A stretch of 64,000 nt of DNA, taken from contig CAWKMY010000006.1 in the NCBI GenBank assembly GCA_963851055.1, positions 78,965-142,964 of the forward strand, written 5' to 3'. The position numbers and the translations under genes are program-made. Positions 9,915-17,787 of the stretch are shown here, piece after piece. The stretch is from an uncultured bacterium. Lineage in GTDB: Bacteria; Patescibacteriota; Minisyncoccia; Phycocordibacterales; PALSA-1337. How positions within the stretch are numbered: position 1 is the first letter of the stretch; every line of letters begins with the position of its first letter. The notes under the pieces were generated by a model. The model was not told the DNA's origin. It searched no databases and worked only from the letters and a program-made list of their open reading frames with translations.

Positions 9915-10177
9915 TTATTCCTTGCCAAGCATACGCAAAGCCTCACCATATTCCTTGATGATACGATTCATGCTCTGGTCTATTTCCTTTTTCCGCGCGT
10001 CCGTAAGAGGCTCGCGATTTTTTCAAGCGCTTCATGCGATATCAGATAATTTCTACCGTATCTTTCCGCCTCCAGCTGGCCTTTCTTAATCTTATGGAAT
10101 ATGGCTATCCTGCTCACGCCAAGGATTTTTGCCACTTCTGTGGTGCTAAAATATGGCTTAGTTGATGTCTTTTTCAT
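9915..10177 (-). pseudogene. HTH (excisionase/MerR-like) antitoxin partner of Doc, frameshifted in a T6/A6 run
   Basis: TTEVAKILGVSRIAIFHKIKKGQL. The C-terminal ...TDARKKEIDQSMNRIIKEYGEALRMLGKE continues in another frame after the homopolymer at 10018-10023. Its stop overlaps the Doc SD. Confidence 0.65.
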
Positions 10178-10231
10178 ATTTAGATAGCTTAACATATGTT
10201 CTATATGGTTTCAATAGGTTAACATAGCCCA

Positions 10232-10339
10232 TTGCCTAAAACACGCCTTACTATATAATTAGAGCCACGGTTTAAGATTCGCTCCGCCAGCGGCGGCGGG
10301 CCGAGACCAATAATTAATAGCCACTAATTAATAAAACAC
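10232..10339 (+). promoter_or_regulatory. promoter plus about 80-nt conserved leader (copy A) upstream of the SWIB gene
   Basis: TTGCCT 10232-37, 16 nt spacer, TATAAT 10254-59. GC hairpin, then GCCGAGACCAAT at 10300-10311. Paralogous to 10601-10697. Confidence 0.6.
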
Positions 10340-10592
10340 ATGGCAACAAAGAACTCCGCATTCATGAAGCCTATGACATTGAGCGCCGATTTGAGCGCTG
10401 TAAGTAGGTAACGGTCCTATGCCTCGTTCAGAGGTCGTAAGCAAGCTTTGGGTCTATATCAAGGCCAATAACCTTCAGGACGCCAAGGATAAGCGTGTTA
10501 TCAATCCAGACGAGAAGCTTGGTAAGGTTTTGGGCACCGCCCCTATAAATATGATGAAAATGGGCGGCGCAGTCTCGAAACACCTCTCTTAA
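10340..10592 (+). pseudogene. SWIB/MDM2-domain protein, one frameshift near 10401-10407
   Basis: MATKNSAFMKPMTLSADLSAV | GNGPMPRSEVVSKLWVYIKANNLQDAKDKRVINPDEKLGKVLG... The 253-nt length is not a multiple of 3. Confidence 0.75.
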
Positions 10593-10600
10593 TAGGCCTA

Positions 10601-10697
10601 TTGCCTAAAATATGGCTTAAAGTATAATAGTTGCACAGTACGTAACTCGGTTGCGTCGGCGCCGAGACCAATTATTAGCCCGTAACTAGAAAAAACA
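10601..10697 (+). promoter_or_regulatory. promoter plus conserved leader (copy B) upstream of hup
   Basis: TTGCCT 10601-06, 16 nt spacer, TATAAT 10623-28. CTCGG...CCGAG hairpin, then GCCGAGACCAAT at 10661-10672. Confidence 0.6.
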
Positions 10698-10970
10698 ATG
10701 AACAAAGCAGGCATTGTAGAAGCAGTCCACGGCGTTCTCGGCGGTACCAAGGTCCAAGCCGAGCAAGCAGTTGAGACAGCTATTAACAGCATCATAGATT
10801 CTCTCAAGAAGGGTGAAGAGGTCTCGATCGCAGGTCTCGGTATCTTCTCCGTCAAGCAGCGTGCAGCTCGCGAAGCTCGCAATCCTCGCACCGGTGAGGC
10901 CATCAAGGTCCCAGCTATGAAGGTTCCAAAGTTCCGCGCCGCAAAGGCTCTCAAGGAGGCAGTTAAATAA
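10698..10970 (+). CDS. hup: DNA-binding protein HU
   Basis: 90 aa. GLGIFSVKQRAAREARNPRTGEAIKVPA is the canonical HU arm. Confidence 0.97.
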   Translation: MNKAGIVEAVHGVLGGTKVQAEQAVETAINSIIDSLKKGEEVSIAGLGIFSVKQRAAREARNPRTGEAIKVPAMKVPKFRAAKALKEAVK

Positions 10971-10992
10971 CTTTTCCTTCTATTTCCTCGGA

Positions 10993-11041
10993 CCCGCCAG
11001 TTGGCGGGCAGGAATGCAAAAGCCGCCATAGGGCGGTTTTT
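10993..11041. terminator. bidirectional terminator region between convergent hup and the TrmB-like gene
   Basis: CCCGCC-agtt-GGCGGG, then AGCCGCC-atag-GGCGGTT followed by TTTTT. The reverse strand also ends in CTTTTGC. Confidence 0.7.
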
Positions 11042-11049
11042 GTTGTATC

Positions 11050-11787
11050 TTATTTAGTGTTTTCCCATAGGACCTCAAAATTCGACCTGAAAACGTCTAC
11101 CATTGGTGGAATAGCTATAACTACAGCCAAAGCCTTCACTTCAGGCCCAATAATCAGAAGTTTGTCATCATATATATCAATTGTGCTTTTAAACTGGTAT
11201 TTTTCCGGTAGATATTTGAATTCCCTGATCAAACTAGGATCATCTTGACCAGTAGCTAACTTTGAATCGTGAGACAAAAGCAATTTGGTACGAATATTTC
11301 GCAATGCGCGTTTCTTCCTGAATTCCAGAATAAAATCTGGATCTGGATTGATGAATGCGTTGGCATTACCGATAATATAATAGCTTCTGTCTCTATAATC
11401 GTCCAAAATTTCATTATAGAAAGATTCGAATTCCCTCTTTGTTTGGATGAATCTGACTCCATATGCTTTGGCCTGCGTTCCTTGTAACTTTTCCAACACA
11501 GGAACCAAATTCGTAAGCGACTCGAGACGATGTTCATACAATGATACAAGTTTATTGGGGGCCAATGGAGCAAAAAATGCCTTTGACCCTTTCTTATATG
11601 AGCTGACAATGCCTTTTTCAATCAAATTCTCGAGAATCGGATAAACAGTAGTCCTCTTCAACCCTGTTTCCTTCGCCAACTCTGAAGCACTAGATCCGCG
11701 AGTCTTCAGAAGACCAGTATACACTCCTATCTCATGGTCACTAAGACCTATGCCTCTCAATAATTCCATTTTTTCGTCTATTTTCAT
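11050..11787 (-). CDS. TrmB-family HTH transcriptional regulator (copy 3)
   Basis: IGLSDHEIGVYTGLLKTRGSSASELAKETGLKRTTVYPILENLIEKGIVS. Confidence 0.8.
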   Translation of the reverse strand: MKIDEKMELLRGIGLSDHEIGVYTGLLKTRGSSASELAKETGLKRTTVYPILENLIEKGIVSSYKKGSKAFFAPLAPNKLVSLYEHRLESLTNLVPVLEKLQGTQAKAYGVRFIQTKREFESFYNEILDDYRDRSYYIIGNANAFINPDPDFILEFRKKRALRNIRTKLLLSHDSKLATGQDDPSLIREFKYLPEKYQFKSTIDIYDDKLLIIGPEVKALAVVIAIPPMVDVFRSNFEVLWENTK

Positions 11788-11873
11788 GTTGTCATTATTT
11801 TACGACAGTCTAACAAATATAGTATATACCTATGTATTCTAGGTGTCAATTTATATGAAAGTGTTTTTATTAC

Positions 11874-11908
11874 TTGACAATATTGACAGATATGCTATAC
11901 TGTTGTCA
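11874..11908 (+). promoter_or_regulatory. promoter with TGACA/TGTCA repeats, driving the small-ORF/hammerhead/207-aa unit
   Basis: TTGACA 11874-79, 16 nt spacer, TATACT 11896-11901. A second TTGACA lies at 11883-88 and an inverted TGTCA at 11904-08. Confidence 0.6.
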
Positions 11909-11975
11909 GATAGTTCAGTGAAATAAACAAACATCAACCGTGCTTCGAGAGAAGCGTAACAAAAAGGAAAGACAG

Positions 11976-12125
11976 ATGAAAGCACTTCAAGATCTGATTG
12001 GTAAACAAGTAATCTATTCGATGTTCACTCCCAACGGGATTCACAACAGCGCAACTTTCGAAGGTGTTCTGAAAGAAATTGACAGGCATCCGATAGCTGT
12101 GAAAGAGACGGCCGGACATATGTGA
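11976..12125 (+). CDS. small protein (49 aa), unknown function
   Basis: ATG preceded by AAAGGAAAGACAG. MKALQDLIGKQVIYSMFTPNGIHNSATFEGVLKEIDRHPIAVKETAGHM; an Sm/beta-barrel-like pattern is only a guess. Confidence 0.5.
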   Translation: MKALQDLIGKQVIYSMFTPNGIHNSATFEGVLKEIDRHPIAVKETAGHM

Positions 12126-12185
12126 TCAACACAATGTCTGCCTCTTTTGAGGAAATTCGTGAGGATAAATAACATCAATCAGTTG

Positions 12186-12262
12186 GGTGGATCTCAACAA
12201 AATCCACCACTGTCTCGAGATGAATGTCTCGGCTGATGAGTCCAAGAGGACGAAACAGAAAA
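12186..12262 (+). ncRNA. type III hammerhead self-cleaving ribozyme with a 5' flanking hairpin
   Basis: GUC cleavage triplet at 12212-14. Stem I is UCGAGA-ugaaug-UCUCGG. CUGAUGA at 12233-39. Stem II is GUCC-aaga-GGAC. GAAA at 12252-55. Stem III is CAG/CUG plus A15.1-U16.1. All conserved core positions are present. Flanking hairpin GGTGGAT-N9-ATCCACC at 12186-12208. Confidence 0.75.
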
Positions 12263-12331
12263 GTTCTTTGATAACTAAATATGAGCCTTAAATAGGTGTG
12301 CTCGAACAATACACCAGTATAGGATAACCGT

Positions 12332-12955
12332 ATGAAAAAATTGATGTTCGTTAAATTCGAGTGTGAGGATCATAATCTTGATGACATATATTTTGTTGGT
12401 AAAAATTTGGAAAAAATTATGTCTGACACGAGACAGTATGGGCCATGGGCTAAAGGTGGTGAGGAGGCACGAATGACAATCCATGATTTAGGATGTTTCC
12501 ACGTTAGATTTGCATCATTCCAAAAACCTAAAGAGGTAAGTAGGAAAGAAGCCCGCGCTGTGGCACCGCAAGAGTTTGACGAGGCTATTATAAATATGCG
12601 AAGTGGAATCTACAGCAGTATCCAAATCAACACACCTAAACAGTTACTTGAAAGTTTCGCAACAACAGTGCACATAAGCGGTTGGACACGTGATCGGCGC
12701 CTTGTGTATAGACCAGATCACATTCGACTGCAAGTGACATTGTCCGAATGCAACAACTGCTCAGCTTGCATCAAACGAGTCAAGGAGTTGAAAGAGCTTC
12801 TTGCTACTGGAGTAAGCGTAAAACATTGGTGGGAATACAGAGACAATGTGGAGTGGCTTGTCTTTAAACGTCAATCCGGGGAGAGTCCTCTCGCAATCCT
12901 CAGAAATGTCTTGAAGACGGAAGTGAAAGCAATGTCTTACGGCAGAGAGTTATAG
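12332..12955 (+). CDS. hypothetical protein (207 aa, contains a CNNCSAC motif)
   Basis: AGGA lies 9 nt upstream. No family recognised. Confidence 0.6.
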   Translation: MKKLMFVKFECEDHNLDDIYFVGKNLEKIMSDTRQYGPWAKGGEEARMTIHDLGCFHVRFASFQKPKEVSRKEARAVAPQEFDEAIINMRSGIYSSIQINTPKQLLESFATTVHISGWTRDRRLVYRPDHIRLQVTLSECNNCSACIKRVKELKELLATGVSVKHWWEYRDNVEWLVFKRQSGESPLAILRNVLKTEVKAMSYGREL

Positions 12956-12988
12956 TCTGATGCTTTCGAGATTATGCTTAAATCTCGA

Positions 12989-13012
12989 CCCTACAAGAAA
13001 TTGTAGGGTTTT
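12989..13012 (+). terminator. rho-independent terminator
   Basis: CCCTACA-agaaat-TGTAGGG followed by TTTT. Preceded by a second hairpin, TCGAGAT-N9-ATCTCGA (12966-12988). Confidence 0.8.
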
Positions 13013-13028
13013 ATATTTTTCAATTTTG

Positions 13029-13099
13029 TGCGGGACGGGAGAATCGAACTCCCCACTAGACATTGGAAGTGTCTCGTTTTACCACTAAACTAGTCCCGC
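13029..13099 (-). tRNA. tRNA-Gly (anticodon UCC), no encoded CCA
   Basis: Cloverleaf folded by hand: acceptor GCGGGAC/GTCCCGC, anticodon loop CTTCCAA, T-loop GGGAGTTCGATTCTCCC. The 3' end continues ACAA. Confidence 0.9.
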
Positions 13100-13118
13100 G
13101 CGGATTTATCCTAACACA

Positions 13119-13500
13119 TTATTTCTCTTCCGAGTGATGATCTTTCACATGCTCTACGAAATCTCTGATTTCATCAACCTCTTTCTTCATATCCTTAACC
13201 GTGGTTCGCAACTCTTCAATTTTCTCTTCTTCATCCTTAACATCCTTTTGAGTCTTATCAGCAGCCTTCTTTTCCCCGTAGACCACTCATAAGTATAGTG
13301 TCTCCGATAAAATACGATACAAATAGGCCCGTCATCAAAAGAACAACAACGACCAGAATCAGATTGACAACCGGCGAGAAGATAAAACCTATCCATCCTC
13401 CCTGCCCTTCCAGAAGATCTGCAGTATGCCAGACTCCGCTCCAGAAAAGTACGATAGCGATGCCACCAATAATAGTGTAAATAATAGGGTAATGACTCAA
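13119..13500 (-). pseudogene. membrane protein with C-terminal coiled coil; frameshift near 13262-13272
   Basis: Two TM helices, then ...SGLRG | EKKAADKTQKDVKDEEEKIEELRTTVKDMKKEVDEIRDFVEHVKDHHSEEK continues in another frame across G4/A4 runs. A possible true ATG at 13578 is separated from the rest by an in-frame TAA. Confidence 0.55.
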
Positions 13501-13620
13501 GTGGCCGCGAACATTGTCTTCGAGCTTGTCGAAGAAATAGAGAATTCTATGAAAAAGGTTTTTTGGTTATTTGTCCATTTATTTTTCTCCTTTCTTCTAA
13601 CTCCTTACTCCTTATTCATG

Positions 13621-13693
13621 TCGGGGCGCCGGGATTCGAACCCGGAGTCACCTCTTCCCAAAAGAGGCATGTTAGCCGTTACACCACGCCCCG
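13621..13693 (-). tRNA. tRNA-Pro (anticodon UGG), no encoded CCA
   Basis: Acceptor CGGGGCG/CGCCCCG, anticodon loop TTTGGGA, T-arm CCGGGTTCGAATCCCGG. Confidence 0.9.
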
Positions 13694-13796
13694 ATTTACT
13701 TATCCCTATTCATTTCCCTCTACTCATTGGCGAATAGATGCCATAAAGCAGATTCCGATATCCTAGCACAAAACAACTAAAAATGGCTATAAAAAC

Positions 13797-14251
13797 CTAT
13801 AAAATTACATCTTTGATCCATTTTACTCGCGCTCTGCGAGTTTTTTCATTCATATAGACGCATAAAATGTGGAAATGAAATTCGGCATTAATCCTTTCCA
13901 TCATTTGTCGATCAATGGAGCGATTGGCAGCCCTTCCCTTCTCTGCCAAATATGTCTGAATGATCTTTTTCAAATGTCTGACCTTTAGATTATGAACATT
14001 ATCCTCTGGCTTATACGATAAACCGAATGAACTGGATGAACTAGCGGAAAAATTCCTCACTACACTCTTCACTTCGAAGAAATGTAACGAATTCTCTTTC
14101 TGATCGGCTACTTTTGCAACGATATCCAATTCGCCCCATTTCTTTTGATAATTACGATCAACGATAGTGAAACCATGCGCAATCAGAAATTTGCAGGCAA
14201 TGTCTTCGCCAGTATTTCCCTTATCTCTATTTTGGGTCTTTTATGCAACAT
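13797..14251 (-). pseudogene. YraN/UPF0102-family endonuclease-like protein, frameshift in an A-run near 14230
   Basis: MLHKRPK | NRDKGNTGEDIACKFLIAHGFTIVDRNYQKKWGELDIVAK...FFEVKS matches the YraN pattern (GE..A..YL...G..I..RN.....GEIDI.A....FVEVK). Confidence 0.6.
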
Positions 14252-14477
14252 TTTGTTTGACTTTTAAAGAAATGGTAGTTATAAATGGCTCAACTGGGCC
14301 ATAAACTTGTAAAAGGACTTGCTAAACGGACTAAAATGACGATTTTGAAGCCTACTTACTGTCTTTTATACCCAAAGTCCACAGGGTTATCCCCAGTTTT
14401 CACGTGAAACCCCATATTTAGAGCCATTTTATTTAGACACCTGAACAAAGACAATTTCTCGGACAAAAACTCTCCGG

Positions 14478-14548
14478 TGCGGGCAGGGAGAATCGAACTC
14501 CCGTCTCATCCTTGGCAAGGACGTGTTCTACCACTAAACCATACCCGC
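14478..14548 (-). tRNA. tRNA-Gly (anticodon GCC), no encoded CCA
   Basis: Acceptor GCGGGTA/TGCCCGC, anticodon loop TTGCCAA, T-arm GGGAGTTCGATTCTCCC. Confidence 0.9.
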
Positions 14549-14645
14549 AATTTCAAATTTAAAAAGCTAGTCCGACTAGTATAGCTTAAATTCATTTTTT
14601 ACAAACTTTTCTTTTTTCTCTCTAAACTTTCTCACTCATTTTTTG

Positions 14646-14716
14646 TGCCCCCGGCAGGAGTCGAACCTGCATAACAGTTCCGAAGACTGGTGTGATATCC
14701 ATTTCACTACGGGGGC
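14646..14716 (-). tRNA. tRNA-Arg (anticodon UCG), no encoded CCA
   Basis: Acceptor GCCCCCG/CGGGGGC, anticodon loop CTTCGGA, T-arm GCAGGTTCGACTCCTGC. Confidence 0.8.
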
Positions 14717-14795
14717 AGATAAGCAATACAGGCTTAACTGTAGCGCTATAGTAGCGCATATGGCACAAAAGCCCAAGCTGTGGTATGATTTTCGC

Positions 14796-16290
14796 ATGAA
14801 AATGGCTCAAAATAGCCCTATTCCAGCGGAGATCGTAGGCATTGTCGAGACTCTCGAGAAGGCCGGTTTTCAGGCATATCTCGTCGGTGGTTGTGTACGC
14901 GATATTTTCCTCGGTCGCCAGCCGAAGGATTGGGATATAACTACCAATGCCACTCCAGAAAAGATCCAGGGTCTATTTCCTAAAAACCGTCTATGAAAAC
15001 ATCTACGGTACAGTTGTTGTCATAAACGAGACCACTGAAGACCTGACCACTGCGGAATGTTGAAGTAACACCTTATCGTCTAGAATCAGGTTATTCAGAC
15101 AGACGTCACCCAGATCAGGTAAAATTCAGCGACACGATAGACGCGGATCTCAAAAGAAGGGACTTTACAATAAATGCTTTAGCTGTTTCCTTGTCAAATG
15201 GAGCCATAAAAGACATGGTTGATCTATTCGGTGGCCTGAAAGATATAAAGGACAAAACCATAAGGACAGTAGGGAGCCCTATGGACCGTTTCGGGGAAGA
15301 TGCTCTTGCGTATGATGCGTGCTATCCGACTAGCAGTAGATCTGAATTTCACTATAGAAAAAGAAACTTTTGCGGCTATACAGAGCCATAATAAACTAAT
15401 CAAAGATATATCTATCGAGCGTATTCGTGATGAATTTGTAAAGATACTTATGTCTCCTAGCCCAAAGAAGGGAATTGAACTGCTCCATGAAGTTAGGAAT
15501 CTGTCAAACATATAGTTCCAGAACTTAGAGATCGGAAGAGGTGTTGCACAACCGCAAGCACACGCTTTTGACGTCTGGGAGCACCTTTTGAGAACCGTGC
15601 AACATGCCGCAGATAAGGGTTGGGACCTAGAAACACGGCTTATAGCCCTATTTCACGACATTGCCAAAGCCTAAAACCAAGGGTTTTTCACGTGAAACAC
15701 AGCAAATCACGTTTTATGGCCATGAAGTAGTTGGTTCACGTGAAACACGTAAAATCCTCGAAAGAATGAAGTTTTCACGTGCAACAATCGAAAAAGTGAC
15801 TAAGCTGGTCCGCTGGCACATGTTTTTCTCTGATACAGAACAGATAACCCTTGCCGCCGTAAGGCGCATGATAGTTAACGTTGGTCGTGAAAACATCTGG
15901 GATCTGATGAATGTACGTGTATGCGACCGTATAGGCACCGGCAGGCCAAAGGAAAATCCATATCGCCTACGTAAATACCAGGCAATGATCGAGGAAGCTC
16001 TCCGCGACCCCATATCTCTGGCAATGCTTAAAATCAACGGCAAAAGGGTAATTGATGTTTGCAAGATTCAACCTGGACCTAAGGTTGGGCATATTCTGCA
16101 TGCTCTTTTCAACGAAGTTTTAGACGATCCAAAATTAAATACTCCAGAGTATTTGGAGAAGAAAGCTATCGAATTATCGGCTTTGTCAGAGAAGGAATTG
16201 GTTGAAATGGGTAAGGCTGGTCGCGAAAAGAAGAATGAGGAAGACGCAAAAAAGGTAGGAGAGATAAGGAAGAAATACCACGTTTCTTAA
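14796..16290 (+). pseudogene. cca: CCA-adding enzyme (tRNA nucleotidyltransferase), broken by about 7 frameshifts
   Basis: YLVGGCVRDIFLG...DWDITT (PolyA_pol head), RRDFTINAL, EDALRMMRAIRLA and HDIAKP...FYGHE (HD) are spread over all three plus frames. Extended -10 TGgTATGAT at 14781-89 lies 6 nt from the ATG. Confidence 0.85.
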
Positions 16291-16902
16291 TACTGTCTTT
16301 TACTTTTTCAAGCTATTTTCTAAAGGACATAGTTATCCACAGTTCATGTCCTTTACGGACATTCTTATAGGACGTACAATAGTACCAGATTCAGTTTGTC
16401 GTCCGAGGTATTGAGTCCACAACATAGAGCGCGAACGTCGTGTTCTCTGCTGTGGATTCAAAAGGCGAACAAATGTTCTTTAAACATAGGGTGTAAAAAC
16501 CCAAAAAGCCTGGGTAGGCTATAAGCTCCTTTTGAAGTCAATAATTCGGTTGTCGATTCATTGCTCGGCGAAAAAATGTGGTGCATCTTGATTCAACCAC
16601 AACTAGTTTTCCTTTCAGGAAGACGCCAAACAATTTATCTAACGATGCACACTCGCATGCCGTTAGGAATGATCCCGACAAAAGTCTGTGGACTAAGAAT
16701 TATCAAACTTCACACTAAAAGCGCGTTACGCGCATTTCATCCTTTTCTAGAAGTGCCGAAACGCGCTTTACTATTGCCGAAATTTGCAGAAAAATAATCC
16801 ACTCAGACGAGTCGATTTCAGAATACAATACAGAAAATGCCTGTTTTTCCGAGTGAAAAAACCTCGATTTTTAACTAAATAGCCTTATTTTCAGGCTTTT
16901 AA

Positions 16903-17718
16903 TTACCCTATGAAAATATCGATAGGACAATGATCAGAACCCATTATTTCATCTAGAATTCTAGCTTTTGTCACTAGTTTGAGCATGCCTTCGGAGGCAA
17001 AAAAGTAGTCTATTCTCCATCCAACATTACGATCTCTGGCGAAGGTTTTCATATCCCAGTAACTGTACTTTTCTTTCAAGTCAGGATGTAATTTTCTGAA
17101 GACATCGGAGTAGCCGGCAGCGACAACTTGGTCTATCCAGGCACGCTCAATGGGGAGGAAACCGGTGTTCTCGACATTCTCTTTCGGACGGGCTAGATCG
17201 ATCTCGGTATGGGCTGTGTTGACGTCGCCGCAGAAGATGACTTCATAGCCTTTATTCTTTTGGGTATTTATATATTTCAGATATTCATCATAGTAGCGCA
17301 ACTTGAAAGCTAGGCGCTCCGGACCACCGCCGCCGTTAGGGAAGTACGTGTCTATAAAGACGAATTTCGGCATTTTCTTGCCTGCGGACAATTCAAAGGC
17401 ACCGGCTTCAAAGAAAAGTGCCAGAAAACGGCCTTCTTGATCCAATTCCTCCTTGCCAAGGCCGTATTCCACCTTAGCCGGCTCTATTTTGGAATAGACA
17501 GCCACGCCACTATAGCCTTTGCGGCCTTTGGAATGGTCGAAATACGAGTGATAGCCTGCTGGATTGCGGACACCTTCTTCTAGCTGATCTGGATGAGCCT
17601 TTGTCTCTTGGAAGCAGAAAATATCCGGGGATTCATTGATCATCCAGTCGAAACCGCCTTTTTTGACGTTGGCGCGGAGGCCGTTGACGTTCCAGGAGAT
17701 GATGCGCATGTAGGGCAT
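16903..17718 (-). CDS. xth: exodeoxyribonuclease III
   Basis: MRIISWNVNGLRA...FCFQETK...SDHCP. An alternative start exists at 17709. Confidence 0.93.
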   Translation of the reverse strand: MPYMRIISWNVNGLRANVKKGGFDWMINESPDIFCFQETKAHPDQLEEGVRNPAGYHSYFDHSKGRKGYSGVAVYSKIEPAKVEYGLGKEELDQEGRFLALFFEAGAFELSAGKKMPKFVFIDTYFPNGGGGPERLAFKLRYYDEYLKYINTQKNKGYEVIFCGDVNTAHTEIDLARPKENVENTGFLPIERAWIDQVVAAGYSDVFRKLHPDLKEKYSYWDMKTFARDRNVGWRIDYFFASEGMLKLVTKARILDEIMGSDHCPIDIFIG

Positions 17719-17725
17719 TGTAAAC

Positions 17726-17787
17726 GGTAAACAGTAAACAGTAAACCGAGATAAAGGGTCTCTTCAGTTTACTGATTACTGATTACC
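17726..17787. repeat. long hairpin built from GTTTACT/AGTAAAC heptamer repeats between xerC and xth
   Basis: GGTAAACAGTAAACAGTAAAC, 20-nt loop, GTTTACTGATTACTGATTACC (19/21 complementary). The same heptamer recurs at 44753-44812. Confidence 0.7.

Noticed and set aside
10598-11029. 143-aa minus-strand ORF antisense to hup. Similar long antisense ORFs occur at 451-885, 2822-3181, 3398-3922, 8449-8898, 23625-24323, 30193-30816, 35411-36974, 43530-43907 and 60442-60870.
   Set aside because: These are shadow ORFs on the opposite strand of confidently identified genes. Their composition is biased (Ser/Arg/Ala-rich) and they lack start signals.
16561-16797. 78-aa ORF in the cca-xth gap
   Set aside because: It has a TTG start without SD or promoter, and it is Cys/His/Arg-rich and unlike a protein. 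I treat the region as non-coding and structured instead.
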